From positions 1-38,182 of IMG/VR virus record IMGVR_UViG_3300049191_000119: 38,182 nt of DNA; one strand, 5' to 3'. The stretch is from a virus. Taxonomy: Duplodnaviria > Caudoviricetes. The notes beneath the pieces are model-generated. The model was not told the DNA's origin. It searched no databases and saw only the letters and a list, made by a program, of their open reading frames with translations. Positions 27,301-35,017 of the stretch are shown here, piece by piece. Position numbers and translations under genes: made by a program. Positions within the stretch are counted from its first letter, which is position 1. Every line of letters begins with the position of its first letter.

Positions 27301-27601
27301 CGGGCGTGCGCGCCGGCATCTCCATGCCCGCCGCTTCCGCCAGCTGCTTCACCGCATCAATGAAGTCCATGCCTTCATGATCGGTGAGCCACCGCAGCGC
27401 GTCGCCATGCGCGCCGCAGCCGAAGCAGTGATAGAACTCCTTGTCGTCATTGACGGTGAAGCTGGGCGTCTTCTCGCTGTGGAAGGGGCAGCAGCCCTTA
27501 TGTTCCTTGCCCTTTTTCTCCAGCTTCACCTTCTGCCCGACGAGGGCGGAAAGCGGCGTGCGGGCGCGGAGTTGGTCCAGGAATGAAGTTGGCAGAGACA
27601 C
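24365..27601 (-). CDS. DnaG-type primase fused to P4/D5-family SF3 helicase
   Basis: CHC2 zinc finger CPFHSEKTPSF...HCFGC; KYLNS; Toprim VVEGYFD and MDGDEAG; D5_N TDLGNAERF; Walker A GLGANGKST; DEGIWRR; C-terminal winged helix. Confidence 0.94.
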   Translation of the reverse strand: MSLPTSFLDQLRARTPLSALVGQKVKLEKKGKEHKGCCPFHSEKTPSFTVNDDKEFYHCFGCGAHGDALRWLTDHEGMDFIDAVKQLAEAAGMEMPARTPEQAERARRAEHVGEVLEEAAAWYARQLEPIGMAMEALAARGITPASIERFGLGFAPMRGGVSAIGIAADQLMAAGLVVETDNGRRDRFRHRLIVPIHDARGRPIGFGGRAFGEAQPKYLNSDQSEHFDKGRVLFNLHRAAPAARVARRLLVVEGYFDAIALDQAGIGEAVAPMGTAITPEQLERAWRVTECPVLLMDGDEAGRKAASRACIRALPMVGPGRSLKIATLPDGYDPDSLVRECGREAVDDLVDRALSLSSYVWTAVLAAGTRDTPEGRAAIWQQLADLAASVGHEETRLQYQSYWRGLFNAEFPPAPRWVVEDQKLPGGTMEAKFSDQTEEVQDRLKAVAVKRLAALVASAERTKDGVTLFAWGMGRRVGAGLIDQDMADDAIDEVADGVEGVSADDIERSFAAGVAKGFDIAPMLLDMRCAGFQRTDLGNAERFNARYGGSFRFTTAKGWLGWDGRRWKVLDQDKDTLPAEVQAAVFDTVRSIQREADFVSATGFVEPDEPLPEDEKPPIMLATQWHYHRDSGKRIGAMNRITDWKSGPVILSELIVKWGRASEGSGRIGCIAGLAKRWVTAPIEDFDRDPLAINVLNGTLRFRRDKENGSTVTLEPHRREDLNTKLAPVTYDAAATSPIYDDFLAWAQPDAGMRRYLHQWAGYSASGDISEQKLHFWYGLGANGKSTAIDLWAHVVGDYSGTIGIETFLDQGIKKRGEQASPDLARLGGVRMLRASEPERGAKLNEALIKAATGGEPMAVRALHRGFFDLMPLFKLTIGGNYKPDIPGTDEGIWRRMKLVPWNAHVADGDRDEQLPAKLRAEAAGVLNHIVRGLLDWLDNGLIEPQAVKDATAEYREASDPLGRFLKLCTVPDPQGRIQSSKLHEVFLAWGKAAGERDWSNKGLAKAMLDKGYQKKASDGMQWLGIRLVREVSDFVDENGKVRDVVPTLPDEAASAPTAAPDMPPAPPPYDDDFVPDF

Positions 27602-27678
27602 AGAAACCCACCCCGAAAAATCAGGTCAAAAACTCACATCGATGTCGCGGAAGTCGCGGCCGTCAGGACGGCGGCGCG

Positions 27679-28158
27679 CTACTCGCCGTCATGTTCGATC
27701 GTCATGGCCGTCGGATCGTCGCGATCGCCGGCGAGATACATCCAATAATGCCCCTCGACCGCTTCGATGATCGGCGCAGGCGCAAGGTGGAAGGCGAGCG
27801 CGGCCGCGCCGACCGTCTGCCCCTCCCACCGCTGGTCCTGCAGGGCGCTCCACACCTGGAGCGCCGTGCCCAACGTGCCGATCGCGTGCAGTTCCATTCC
27901 CATGCAGTCGCGGGCGAGCTCGATCGGCAAGTTGAACACGCTCGCCACCGTCTCCGCCGTGGGCTCGATCGGCTGCGTCAGGGACCAGCGCGCGACGGCC
28001 TGGCCGACCAGCCAGCGGCCCGGCATGCCGGATCCGTCGCTGTCGCCACCCTCCGCGTCCTGGTCGGCATTGTCCTCATCCAGTTCGGTGACGTTCCAGC
28101 TGTCCGTTTCCCGGCCCCAGCGTGTCACCCACGGTTCCTTGACCACCGTAGCCATCAT
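27679..28158 (-). CDS. Acidic hypothetical protein with internal duplication
   Basis: ATGA overlap with MTase stop and GGAGG RBS; two similar ~37-aa segments. Confidence 0.7.
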   Translation of the reverse strand: MMATVVKEPWVTRWGRETDSWNVTELDEDNADQDAEGGDSDGSGMPGRWLVGQAVARWSLTQPIEPTAETVASVFNLPIELARDCMGMELHAIGTLGTALQVWSALQDQRWEGQTVGAAALAFHLAPAPIIEAVEGHYWMYLAGDRDDPTAMTIEHDGE

Positions 28159-28808
28159 TCCTCCCCCAAGAGATCCGGCGCGCGAAACGGCGTCAGAACG
28201 TCATAAGCACAAAGATTGTCGATCCCGGCCGCGTCCCAGACGCACCAGATCACTTCCATCGTCGGGTTGCCCTTGCCTAGGAAATCGGGCCGCCAGTTCA
28301 GCGCGTAGATCCGTGCCGGCGTCCGCTGCCGCCACAGGCCCGTCCGGACCTCGGCATGCCAGAAGGACGATTTCAGCAGCATCGCCACATAGGTGCAGCC
28401 CAGGTTGTTCAGCAGATGCCGGATCATCTCGGCCGCAAGCGCAAAGGGTGGGTTCGTCACGACAACCGGCGAAAGCGCCTGCCGGCAGAGCAGCAGATCC
28501 TGTTGCGCGACGAGGTTGGCCGGATCCGCGACGAGGTCACTCGCGATCGTCGCAAAGCCGGCGCTTTCAAGCTCCTTCGCAATCGCGCCGCCACGGCCGC
28601 ATGGCTCCCACACGGTGTCGGCATCGTCGCAGGCGTCGAGCAGATACTCTCGCTCGGCCGCGATGAACGCGCGCGTCACGCTGGCAGGCGTCGGGTAATA
28701 ATCGTTGCCCTGCCGATCGACCTTAGCGCCGCCGCCGGTCATCATGCGGCCGAGCCCCTTCGGCGCAGGGCCTGCAATCGGCTGCTCAGGAAAAAGGGCG
28801 TCGGCCAT
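28155..28808 (-). CDS. DNA amino-methyltransferase (probably N6-adenine), orphan
   Basis: DYYPTP, SAM-binding WEPCGRGGAI, SDL, catalytic VVTNPPF. Confidence 0.85.
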   Translation of the reverse strand: MADALFPEQPIAGPAPKGLGRMMTGGGAKVDRQGNDYYPTPASVTRAFIAAEREYLLDACDDADTVWEPCGRGGAIAKELESAGFATIASDLVADPANLVAQQDLLLCRQALSPVVVTNPPFALAAEMIRHLLNNLGCTYVAMLLKSSFWHAEVRTGLWRQRTPARIYALNWRPDFLGKGNPTMEVIWCVWDAAGIDNLCAYDVLTPFRAPDLLGEE

Positions 28809-28813
28809 CGGCG

Positions 28814-29098
28814 TCAGTTCCCAGCCGGTCCATGTTCGCGGATTGTCGTCGCGCCATCATGATAGTGGATTGAAACGCGGCGTCCTTCAGCACCAGGCGC
28901 AGGATCGACCGCCAGGCCGAGCACCTTCATCGCGTCGAGCATCGGTTTGAACCGAGCGACATAGACATCATAGTCGGCGCGCGTCAGGAGGCTCGCACCG
29001 CAGTTCGGGCATGGCTTATCGATCTGATCTTCGAGGATCTCATCGACAGTTTCGCGGTAGTCACACCCATGGGCATCACATTGTAGGAAAGCGGACAT
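28814..29098 (-). CDS. Small zinc-ribbon protein
   Basis: CDAHGC and CPNC pairs, 94 aa; fills gap between beta clamp and MTase. Confidence 0.7.
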   Translation of the reverse strand: MSAFLQCDAHGCDYRETVDEILEDQIDKPCPNCGASLLTRADYDVYVARFKPMLDAMKVLGLAVDPAPGAEGRRVSIHYHDGATTIREHGPAGN

Positions 29099-29100
29099 CG

Positions 29101-30231
29101 TCAGACCCTCAGCGGCATCAGAACATAAAGGCGGGCGGCATCATCGCTGGTCTGCCAGAGCGACGGCGCGGCGGGGTCGGCCAGCTTCACCCGCGCCCGT
29201 TCATTCCCGGAATCGGTGCCCTTCAGGTGCCGCAGCACGTCGAGCAGATAGCTGCCGTTGAAGCCGATGCGCAGCGGCTCGCCCTCATATTCGCAGGGCA
29301 CTTCCTCGCTGGCGGTGCCATTCTCCGGGCTGGTGACCTCCAGCGTGACCGCCTGGGCAGCGAAGTTGAAGGCGATCGCCTTTGTCTTATCGCTGCTGAT
29401 CGTCAGCACCCGCTCCACCGCTTCGGCGAGCACGGAAGGCTCAAACCAGCAGTCCAGCCGGTTGTCGGCGGGAATGACGCGGGTGTAATCCGGGAACTTG
29501 CCGTCAATCAGCTTGCCGGTCAGCACCGTCTTGCCGACCTCGAACCGGAACTTCGTCGTGCTCACCGCCACATCGACCGTGCCACCCTCTTCGTCGAGCA
29601 GCTGGGCGAGCGCGGCGACCGCCTTCCGGGGAATGATGATGTCGGGCATGCCGTCCGCGCCTTCAGCGACACCGCAATGGAAGCGCGCCAGGCGGTGCCC
29701 GTCGGTAGCGGCCGCGAACTGACATTCCGACCCGTTCGGCACATGGAGAAAGATGCCGCCCAGATAGTAGCGGGTCTCTTCGGTCGAGATGGCAAAGCGC
29801 ACGCTCTCGATCATCTGGACCAGCTGCGTTCCGTCCTGCTCCCACTCAGCGTCCCAATCGCGGGCAGCCAGGACCGGGAAATCATCGGTCGGCAGCGTGG
29901 GCAGCTTGAAACGGGCCCTGCCGCACTTGATCGTGATGCCGGTGTTGCCGTCCGCCTCGATCTTGGCGACGCCCTCCGCTGGCAGCTTGCCCGCGATCGA
30001 CGCCAGCAGGGACGCATCGACGCAGAAGTTCATGGCGCTGTTCGCGCCCGCATCCTCCAGATCGACCGTCTTCTCGACCATGATTTCCAGGTCGGTGCCG
30101 GTCAGGAACATCTGCCCCGGCGTCGAACGCACCAGCACGGTCGCGCAGATCGGCACAGTCGTGCGTTTCTCGACCACCGCGTTGACCGCCTTCAAGGCCG
30201 CGCGCAGCACCTTCACATTGACGTTGATCAT
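29101..30231 (-). CDS. dnaN: DNA polymerase III beta subunit (sliding clamp), phage-encoded
   Basis: VVEKRTTVPI, GTDLE, DDFP, FAISTEETRYYLGG, ATDGHRLA, KLIDGKFPDYTRVIP, IGFNGSYLLD, YVLMPLRV; start 30231 (ATGA overlap). Confidence 0.95.
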   Translation of the reverse strand: MINVNVKVLRAALKAVNAVVEKRTTVPICATVLVRSTPGQMFLTGTDLEIMVEKTVDLEDAGANSAMNFCVDASLLASIAGKLPAEGVAKIEADGNTGITIKCGRARFKLPTLPTDDFPVLAARDWDAEWEQDGTQLVQMIESVRFAISTEETRYYLGGIFLHVPNGSECQFAAATDGHRLARFHCGVAEGADGMPDIIIPRKAVAALAQLLDEEGGTVDVAVSTTKFRFEVGKTVLTGKLIDGKFPDYTRVIPADNRLDCWFEPSVLAEAVERVLTISSDKTKAIAFNFAAQAVTLEVTSPENGTASEEVPCEYEGEPLRIGFNGSYLLDVLRHLKGTDSGNERARVKLADPAAPSLWQTSDDAARLYVLMPLRV

Positions 30232-31994
30232 GCAGCCTGCTCCTCGGGCTCGGCGACATTGTCGCCATGGGGATTGTCGGCCCACGCTTCGATTGACGGC
30301 CAGACGAGGCCAATGATCCCGGCATGCTCCAGCAATTCTTCAAGATCGTCGTAGAGCGAGCATTCCTCCGCCTCCGGCGTATCCTCCTGCTCGTCGCCAT
30401 ACGCGCCGTCGGCCCACCGGAAGTGCGCGATGCCATCGACCTGGATCACGACGGGCTGCGGATCCATCGCCAGCACTTCCACGCGCCGCGCCTCCAGTGC
30501 CTCTGCAGCCTCTGCCTTCGCCCGCTCTTCCGCCTCACGGAGGGCAGCCTTCTCAGCTTCCTGGAGCAGATACTCTTTCTCTGCATCCTCCAGCCGGGCC
30601 TCGATCTCCTCCGGCGTGACCAGGATCGACACATCGACGCTGTAGCAGTCCCCCAGGCCTTTCTGCTTCATCAGCGAGCCCAGATGCGGCTGCTGCGATT
30701 TCCACCAAAGCCGCCCTTCGGTGCGATCCTTGTGATGATCGCGCGCGACCAGCCAGGCGGCGACGGACCGGATTGATGCAGCGCGCCTCTCAGCGGCCCA
30801 TTCCGCTTCCGTCTTGCGCGGGGCCTCCCGTTGCGGCGGGATCAGGTCCGACATGCGCGCGCCAGGGATGAAGAACTGCTCGGCAAGTACCAGCGCGCCC
30901 AGATGATCGACACCGGCGAAACCGACGATATCGATCCCCAAGTTGCAGGCCTTTTCGCGCATCTTGCCATAGCTGGGCAGATCGTGCCGCCAGTAGGGCC
31001 GCTCGACGATCTCATAGCCCTTCGGAGCCTTGGGCAATTTGCCGAGCCGAAGCCCGGGCGCAAGGATGACATCACTGGTCGTCGGGTGAGCCTTCTTCGC
31101 ATCGGCCTGGACACGGACAATCTGGAAATTGGCGCGATCGGTCGCGATCCCCATGACGATGTCTGGGTCGATCAGCTTGCGGCCCGAATAGCTCTCCGCA
31201 TCTCCAAACAGATCATCCTCATACCGACCGCCCTTCTTTTCATAATCGGCCTTGCCGACGAACTTGAACAGCGCGTCGCCGTTGGTCATCTGAGCGTTGG
31301 TGATGCCCGAGCGGATGCTCTGGACACCGTGGCCCCAGCTGCCTTTCTTGTCCTCGGCCGCGAAAATCTTGACCTGCAGCCTCTGGTCCTGCGTTCCCGC
31401 ATAAGCCATCGCCGCATCCATCGTCAGCCTGCCGCGCCGCATGGCGTCCAGGATCTCCGGCGCCAGCGAGGCCAGCCGCAGCCGCTGCTTCACATAGCGC
31501 TCCGAAAAGCCGAACCGCTTGGCGATATCTGCCGGCGACATCGTGCCGGGCCGCATCAGCTCCTGGAACGCGGCGAACTCATCCGCCGGATTCATGTCCC
31601 GCCGCGCCAGATTTTCCGACAGCGACAGTTCGATCGCCTCGGCCTGGTCGCGGATCAGAACCGACACTTCATAGGCATCGTCGATCGACCCGCGCGCGCG
31701 CAGCATCTGCAGCGCCTGCAGGCGTCGGCCGCCGCCGATGATGTAGACCGCCGCCGCGTCGATATCGGTGTCGCCGGCATAGCCGATCAGCGACTGGAGC
31801 AGCCCGTGCGCGGCGATATCGTCGGCCAGGCCCTCCACATCGGCCGCCTTGTCCGTATGGCGGACATTCTCCGGCGCGCGGACTAGACGGCCGAGCGGCA
31901 CCGGCTGAATGGCCATGGGTGCGACCCGAAGGCCCTCCGGTGCTGTCGTCTCTTCAGGCGCTGCCTGCGCCGTCGCTTTCTTCGATCTGGCCAT
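30228..31994 (-). CDS. ParB/RepB/Spo0J-family protein
   Basis: PENVR, IAAHGLLQSL, GGGRRLQAL, SLSENLAR..MNPADE, HTH IAKRFG.SERYVKQRLRLA; GGRYEDDLF. Confidence 0.9.
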   Translation of the reverse strand: MARSKKATAQAAPEETTAPEGLRVAPMAIQPVPLGRLVRAPENVRHTDKAADVEGLADDIAAHGLLQSLIGYAGDTDIDAAAVYIIGGGRRLQALQMLRARGSIDDAYEVSVLIRDQAEAIELSLSENLARRDMNPADEFAAFQELMRPGTMSPADIAKRFGFSERYVKQRLRLASLAPEILDAMRRGRLTMDAAMAYAGTQDQRLQVKIFAAEDKKGSWGHGVQSIRSGITNAQMTNGDALFKFVGKADYEKKGGRYEDDLFGDAESYSGRKLIDPDIVMGIATDRANFQIVRVQADAKKAHPTTSDVILAPGLRLGKLPKAPKGYEIVERPYWRHDLPSYGKMREKACNLGIDIVGFAGVDHLGALVLAEQFFIPGARMSDLIPPQREAPRKTEAEWAAERRAASIRSVAAWLVARDHHKDRTEGRLWWKSQQPHLGSLMKQKGLGDCYSVDVSILVTPEEIEARLEDAEKEYLLQEAEKAALREAEERAKAEAAEALEARRVEVLAMDPQPVVIQVDGIAHFRWADGAYGDEQEDTPEAEECSLYDDLEELLEHAGIIGLVWPSIEAWADNPHGDNVAEPEEQAA

Positions 31995-32030
31995 GAAACG
32001 TCCTTCTCTCTTGGGCTTGCCGGTTGCGGC

Positions 32031-32294
32031 TTATGGATTTGCGGAGGGGGAAGAGGCGGAGGCCAGGCGATGTGCAGTCGCACCGGCCCCCGCAGTCGAA
32101 CCGCCGCCCGAAAGGGGCCGGCAAGCGGCGGCAATCTGCTCATTGGTTTCGCGGTCGATCTCGTCGGCCCAATGCTCGGCCGTCTCGAATTCGATGCCGA
32201 AGATCTGCGCCAGGTCGGCCAGCATGCAGCGGCCCACCTGATTGTAGCGCGCCTCGAAATGGCGGCGGGTGATGGTCATGTCGACGAAGGTCAC
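32031..32294 (-). CDS. Hypothetical protein (possible HTH)
   Basis: GTG start overlapping upstream stop; LADLAQIFGIEFETAEHW. Confidence 0.55.
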   Translation of the reverse strand: MTFVDMTITRRHFEARYNQVGRCMLADLAQIFGIEFETAEHWADEIDRETNEQIAAACRPLSGGGSTAGAGATAHRLASASSPSANP

Positions 32295-32662
32295 CGGAGC
32301 GCCTCCACCGTCAGCCGCTCGGCAAGGCCGCGCACCGCCAGCGCTGCAGCGATCGCCGCCACCAGCTGCTCCGCTTCCCGCTCGCTGATCTCGGCCATGC
32401 CATCCGCCGTCGCCAGCAGGACTTGCTTCGCCGCCGGGCGATAGAGGGCCATGATGCCGTTCGGGAACCGCCACCGCGCACGCCGGGGAAGCCCCTGTTT
32501 CGCCCGATACTGCTCCATCATGCCGCCATCGACGCACCCGCCGCAGAAGTAGGCGGGCTCAAAGCCGGGGATGCGCATGGCGTCCCAGCCGTCAGGCAGG
32601 GCCGCTTCCGGCACGCCCTGCTGCATGTCGGCGCAGCCCATGCAGGAGATCAGATCGCTCAT
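32291..32662 (-). CDS. Hypothetical zinc-finger protein
   Basis: Start MSDLISCMGC (ATGA overlap); CxxC...LPDGW...FCGGC. Confidence 0.68.
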   Translation of the reverse strand: MSDLISCMGCADMQQGVPEAALPDGWDAMRIPGFEPAYFCGGCVDGGMMEQYRAKQGLPRRARWRFPNGIMALYRPAAKQVLLATADGMAEISEREAEQLVAAIAAALAVRGLAERLTVEALR

Positions 32663-33195
32663 AGCGCGCCCCGCACTGTCGATTTGCCGGTGGCGACGAA
32701 GGTGACGACGCGCCGCTCGCGCGTGCCGAAGTTCGTGACGGTCAGCAGCTTCTGCTCGACCAGCTGGTTGAAGAGGTAACGGGCGGCCTCTGCGTTCTTC
32801 AGGCCCATTTCCCGTGCGATCTCGGCATTGGTCCGCGCCGGAAGGCCAAGCTTCAGGCAGCGCTCCATGATCGCCAGCACCCGGCCAGCCGGTGTTTCCG
32901 CGACCACATGCAGGGGCCGGGTGACCGCCTTGCCGTGCCGTTCGGGATAGCGGCGGACGACGAAATATTCCCATTCGCCGTTCACCTTGCGCTGGTGCGT
33001 GCGAACCTCGCCCTCCTGCGCAAGCTCCCGCGCCCGCACAACGACATCGCGGCGCTGGTCCAGGACCGCGCCGCGCGCATAGACGAAATCCGCGCCTTCC
33101 GGCGCACCCGCTACCCATTCCTCCAGTTCCCGAACGGAAGTGGAGAGGCAGAGCGGCCCGATCGAGAAGCGCAGATCGCGTGCGTTCGTGGCCAT
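32659..33195 (-). CDS. Winged-helix DNA-binding protein
   Basis: C-terminal RTNAEIAREMGLKNAEAARYLFNQLVEQKLL; GAGG RBS. Confidence 0.72.
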   Translation of the reverse strand: MATNARDLRFSIGPLCLSTSVRELEEWVAGAPEGADFVYARGAVLDQRRDVVVRARELAQEGEVRTHQRKVNGEWEYFVVRRYPERHGKAVTRPLHVVAETPAGRVLAIMERCLKLGLPARTNAEIAREMGLKNAEAARYLFNQLVEQKLLTVTNFGTRERRVVTFVATGKSTVRGAL

Positions 33196-33197
33196 CC

Positions 33198-33692
33198 TCA
33201 GCGTCCCCCGTCCATGGCCAGCATGCGCTGATCCAGCGCGGCCAGCGTTTCCTGCATCGTCTGAATGTCGGCACGTATGGCGTCCCGCTCACGCGGCGAA
33301 ACCGCCTCGCCAGCCTCGCCCTGGCCGCTGATCGCTTCCCGGATGCTGTCTGACAGACCGCCGAGCTCGCCCGCCAGTTCGACCACCGACAGCGTCAGGC
33401 CATTGGCATCGTCCTGCGGCTCCGGCATCGGCACGAACACGCCGCCCAGCTGGCGGCAGTAGGCGCGCAGGATGAAGGGCTGCCCCTCAACGCGCGTTCC
33501 CAGAAGATCGATGGTGATGGCGTCCCGGATCGTGATGCTGTCGGGCTCATTGACGGAACTGCACCGCGACAACTGGCTCTTTTTGATGGAAGTTTCGTCG
33601 GCGCAGCGTTCCAGCCCGCCAGCCGCTTCGATGGCGCGTTTGGTCGCCAGCGCAAGCGCCTTCTCTCCCGTGGCAATATCCCCCCGTGGCAT
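33198..33692 (-). CDS. CII-like phage regulatory protein
   Basis: ATKRAIEAAGG...SQLSRC HTH, GGVFVPMP linker, helical C-terminus; cII position downstream of cro. Confidence 0.68.
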   Translation of the reverse strand: MPRGDIATGEKALALATKRAIEAAGGLERCADETSIKKSQLSRCSSVNEPDSITIRDAITIDLLGTRVEGQPFILRAYCRQLGGVFVPMPEPQDDANGLTLSVVELAGELGGLSDSIREAISGQGEAGEAVSPRERDAIRADIQTMQETLAALDQRMLAMDGGR

Positions 33693-33784
33693 GGTCTAAG
33701 CGCGACCTCCCCCGGAGGCGCTGGCAGCGCCCCCGGCTTCGGCTATCGTGTCGTTCCCGAATCGAACACGAAGAGGCAAATCAG

Positions 33785-34036
33785 ATGACTGAAGAATGGG
33801 CCAAGACTGCTGACGGCAACATTCAATGCTACCCGCTGATTGGCTGGGCAATCCAAACGGCGCCGATGATGGCGATTGTGCGCCTTCCTTATGTGACGTC
33901 AGAAGCCCAACTGAACGCAGGAAAGACCGAAGCTCTTCAATTGGCAATTGGTGGGCCGCAACTTCGCGAACTTGCCCAGGCGCTATCGAGAGCGGCAGAC
34001 GCGATTGACGAGCAGCCCCTTGGCACACAGCAATAG
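33785..34036 (+). CDS. BssS-like small protein
   Basis: 83 aa from ATG 33785 with GAGG RBS; IQCYPLIGWAIQT...IVRLPY...LRELAQALSRAADAI resembles E. coli BssS pattern as recalled (IQTHPLVGWDIST...MLRLHY). Confidence 0.65.
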   Translation: MTEEWAKTADGNIQCYPLIGWAIQTAPMMAIVRLPYVTSEAQLNAGKTEALQLAIGGPQLRELAQALSRAADAIDEQPLGTQQ

Positions 34037-34039
34037 CCA

Positions 34040-34318
34040 TCAGGCCGCCTCCTCATCTTTGGGGGAAAAATCCTTGGCATTTCCCGGTGACGGTCGCACG
34101 CTGCGGCTCGTATCGGGGGCGACATGACCGACCCCGTAAAAGTCGTTGGGCATTACCTCGCTGCTCGTCTTTTCGACGATGCGCAGCATCATCGTGCGAT
34201 CGGGAATTTGCTGTCCCTTGGCATATCGCTCGACCGTGCGCGGGTATTTCGTCCCGATCAAAGCGGCGAAGGCGGTAAAGGTAAGTCCTTCACGAGAGAG
34301 GTAATCTTGCAGCGTCAT
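34040..34318 (-). CDS. cro: Cro-like repressor
   Basis: MTLQDYL..EGLT.TAFA..IG...TVERY..G..IP...EVMPNDFY; divergent from cI. Confidence 0.85.
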   Translation of the reverse strand: MTLQDYLSREGLTFTAFAALIGTKYPRTVERYAKGQQIPDRTMMLRIVEKTSSEVMPNDFYGVGHVAPDTSRSVRPSPGNAKDFSPKDEEAA

Positions 34319-34325
34319 GCTCTCG

Positions 34326-34402
34326 CTTTAGCTACATTGGCTAATTCGCGTCAAGTCAAATTAGCTATATCCAGCCAAGACGAATTTAGCCGGGTCGGCT
34401 AT
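34326..34402. promoter_or_regulatory. OR-like operator cluster and cro promoter
   Basis: TTAGC-N7-GCTAA palindrome at 34328-34344, variants at 34361-34378 and 34386-34402; minus-strand TTGACG-N17-CTAAAG. Confidence 0.8.
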
Positions 34403-34411
34403 TCCGTAGGA

Positions 34412-35017
34412 ATGGCGGAAAACCAGAATTTGATACGCGAAATTCGAAAGCGCAGGGGCCTCACGCTGGAGCAGTTGGGGGCGCTGACGATGAACCCTCG
34501 CACAGGCAAACCGACGGACCTGGCCACAATTCAAAAGATCGAAACTGGCAAGCGAAAGCTTGACGGCGATTGGCGGGCCGCGATCGCGGAAGCGCTGGGC
34601 GTCGAGCCGGACGAACTAGTTGGCGCGACTGTTCCTCGCCGCCCTGTGCGAAGGGTGCCGTTACTGGGGAAGATCGCGGCGGGCAATTGGCGCGCGGCAA
34701 TGGAAGATCCGTTGGACCTCATACCGACGACCAAGGGTGGACCGAACACCTTCGCCCTCGAGCCCGACGGTGACAGCATGGACAAGCTGATACCTCATGG
34801 CGGCATCATCTTCTGCGATCCGGACGACAAGGCTCTGGTCGCGAGCAGCTACTATGCAATGATGCGACCGGGCGGGGAGATGACGTTCAAACAGTATCTC
34901 GATAGCCCGCCCAGGCTGGCCCCTTGCTCGTCAAACCCCGAGCATAAGGAAATGCTGCTGGGTGAAGAGCCCTTGACCGTCATTGGACGGGTTATCGGAT
35001 ATAACGCCGACCTCTAA
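34412..35017 (+). CDS. cI: CI-like repressor (XRE HTH + S24 autopeptidase)
   Basis: IREIRKRRGLTLEQLG HTH; VPLLGKIAAG cleavage site; GDSMD (Ser) and TFKQ (Lys); start 34412 without obvious RBS. Confidence 0.93.
   Translation: MAENQNLIREIRKRRGLTLEQLGALTMNPRTGKPTDLATIQKIETGKRKLDGDWRAAIAEALGVEPDELVGATVPRRPVRRVPLLGKIAAGNWRAAMEDPLDLIPTTKGGPNTFALEPDGDSMDKLIPHGGIIFCDPDDKALVASSYYAMMRPGGEMTFKQYLDSPPRLAPCSSNPEHKEMLLGEEPLTVIGRVIGYNADL

Noticed and set aside
25220-27586. 788-aa plus-strand ORF, and similar long antisense ORFs (6079-7305, 17119-18612, 29011-30354, 30831-31886)
   Set aside because: Shadow frames of strongly GC3-biased minus-strand genes; no motifs or RBS
29101-31994. Host chromosomal oriC region (dnaN, parB) or plasmid partition locus
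   Set aside because: No dnaA, recF, gyrB or parA; genes are coupled within the phage early operon
28155-31994. Clamp-binding motifs in neighbours (DALF in MTase, EDDLF in ParB)
   Set aside because: Lack the conserved Gln of QL[S/D]LF; too weak to call by eye
33753-33767. GTTC-N7-GAAC as second SOS box
   Set aside because: Inverted rather than direct arrangement, so not the alpha LexA consensus; part of a hairpin
34328-34344. CtrA box
   Set aside because: Sequence is the palindrome TTAGC-N7-GCTAA, not TTAA-N7-TTAA; placement fits phage operators
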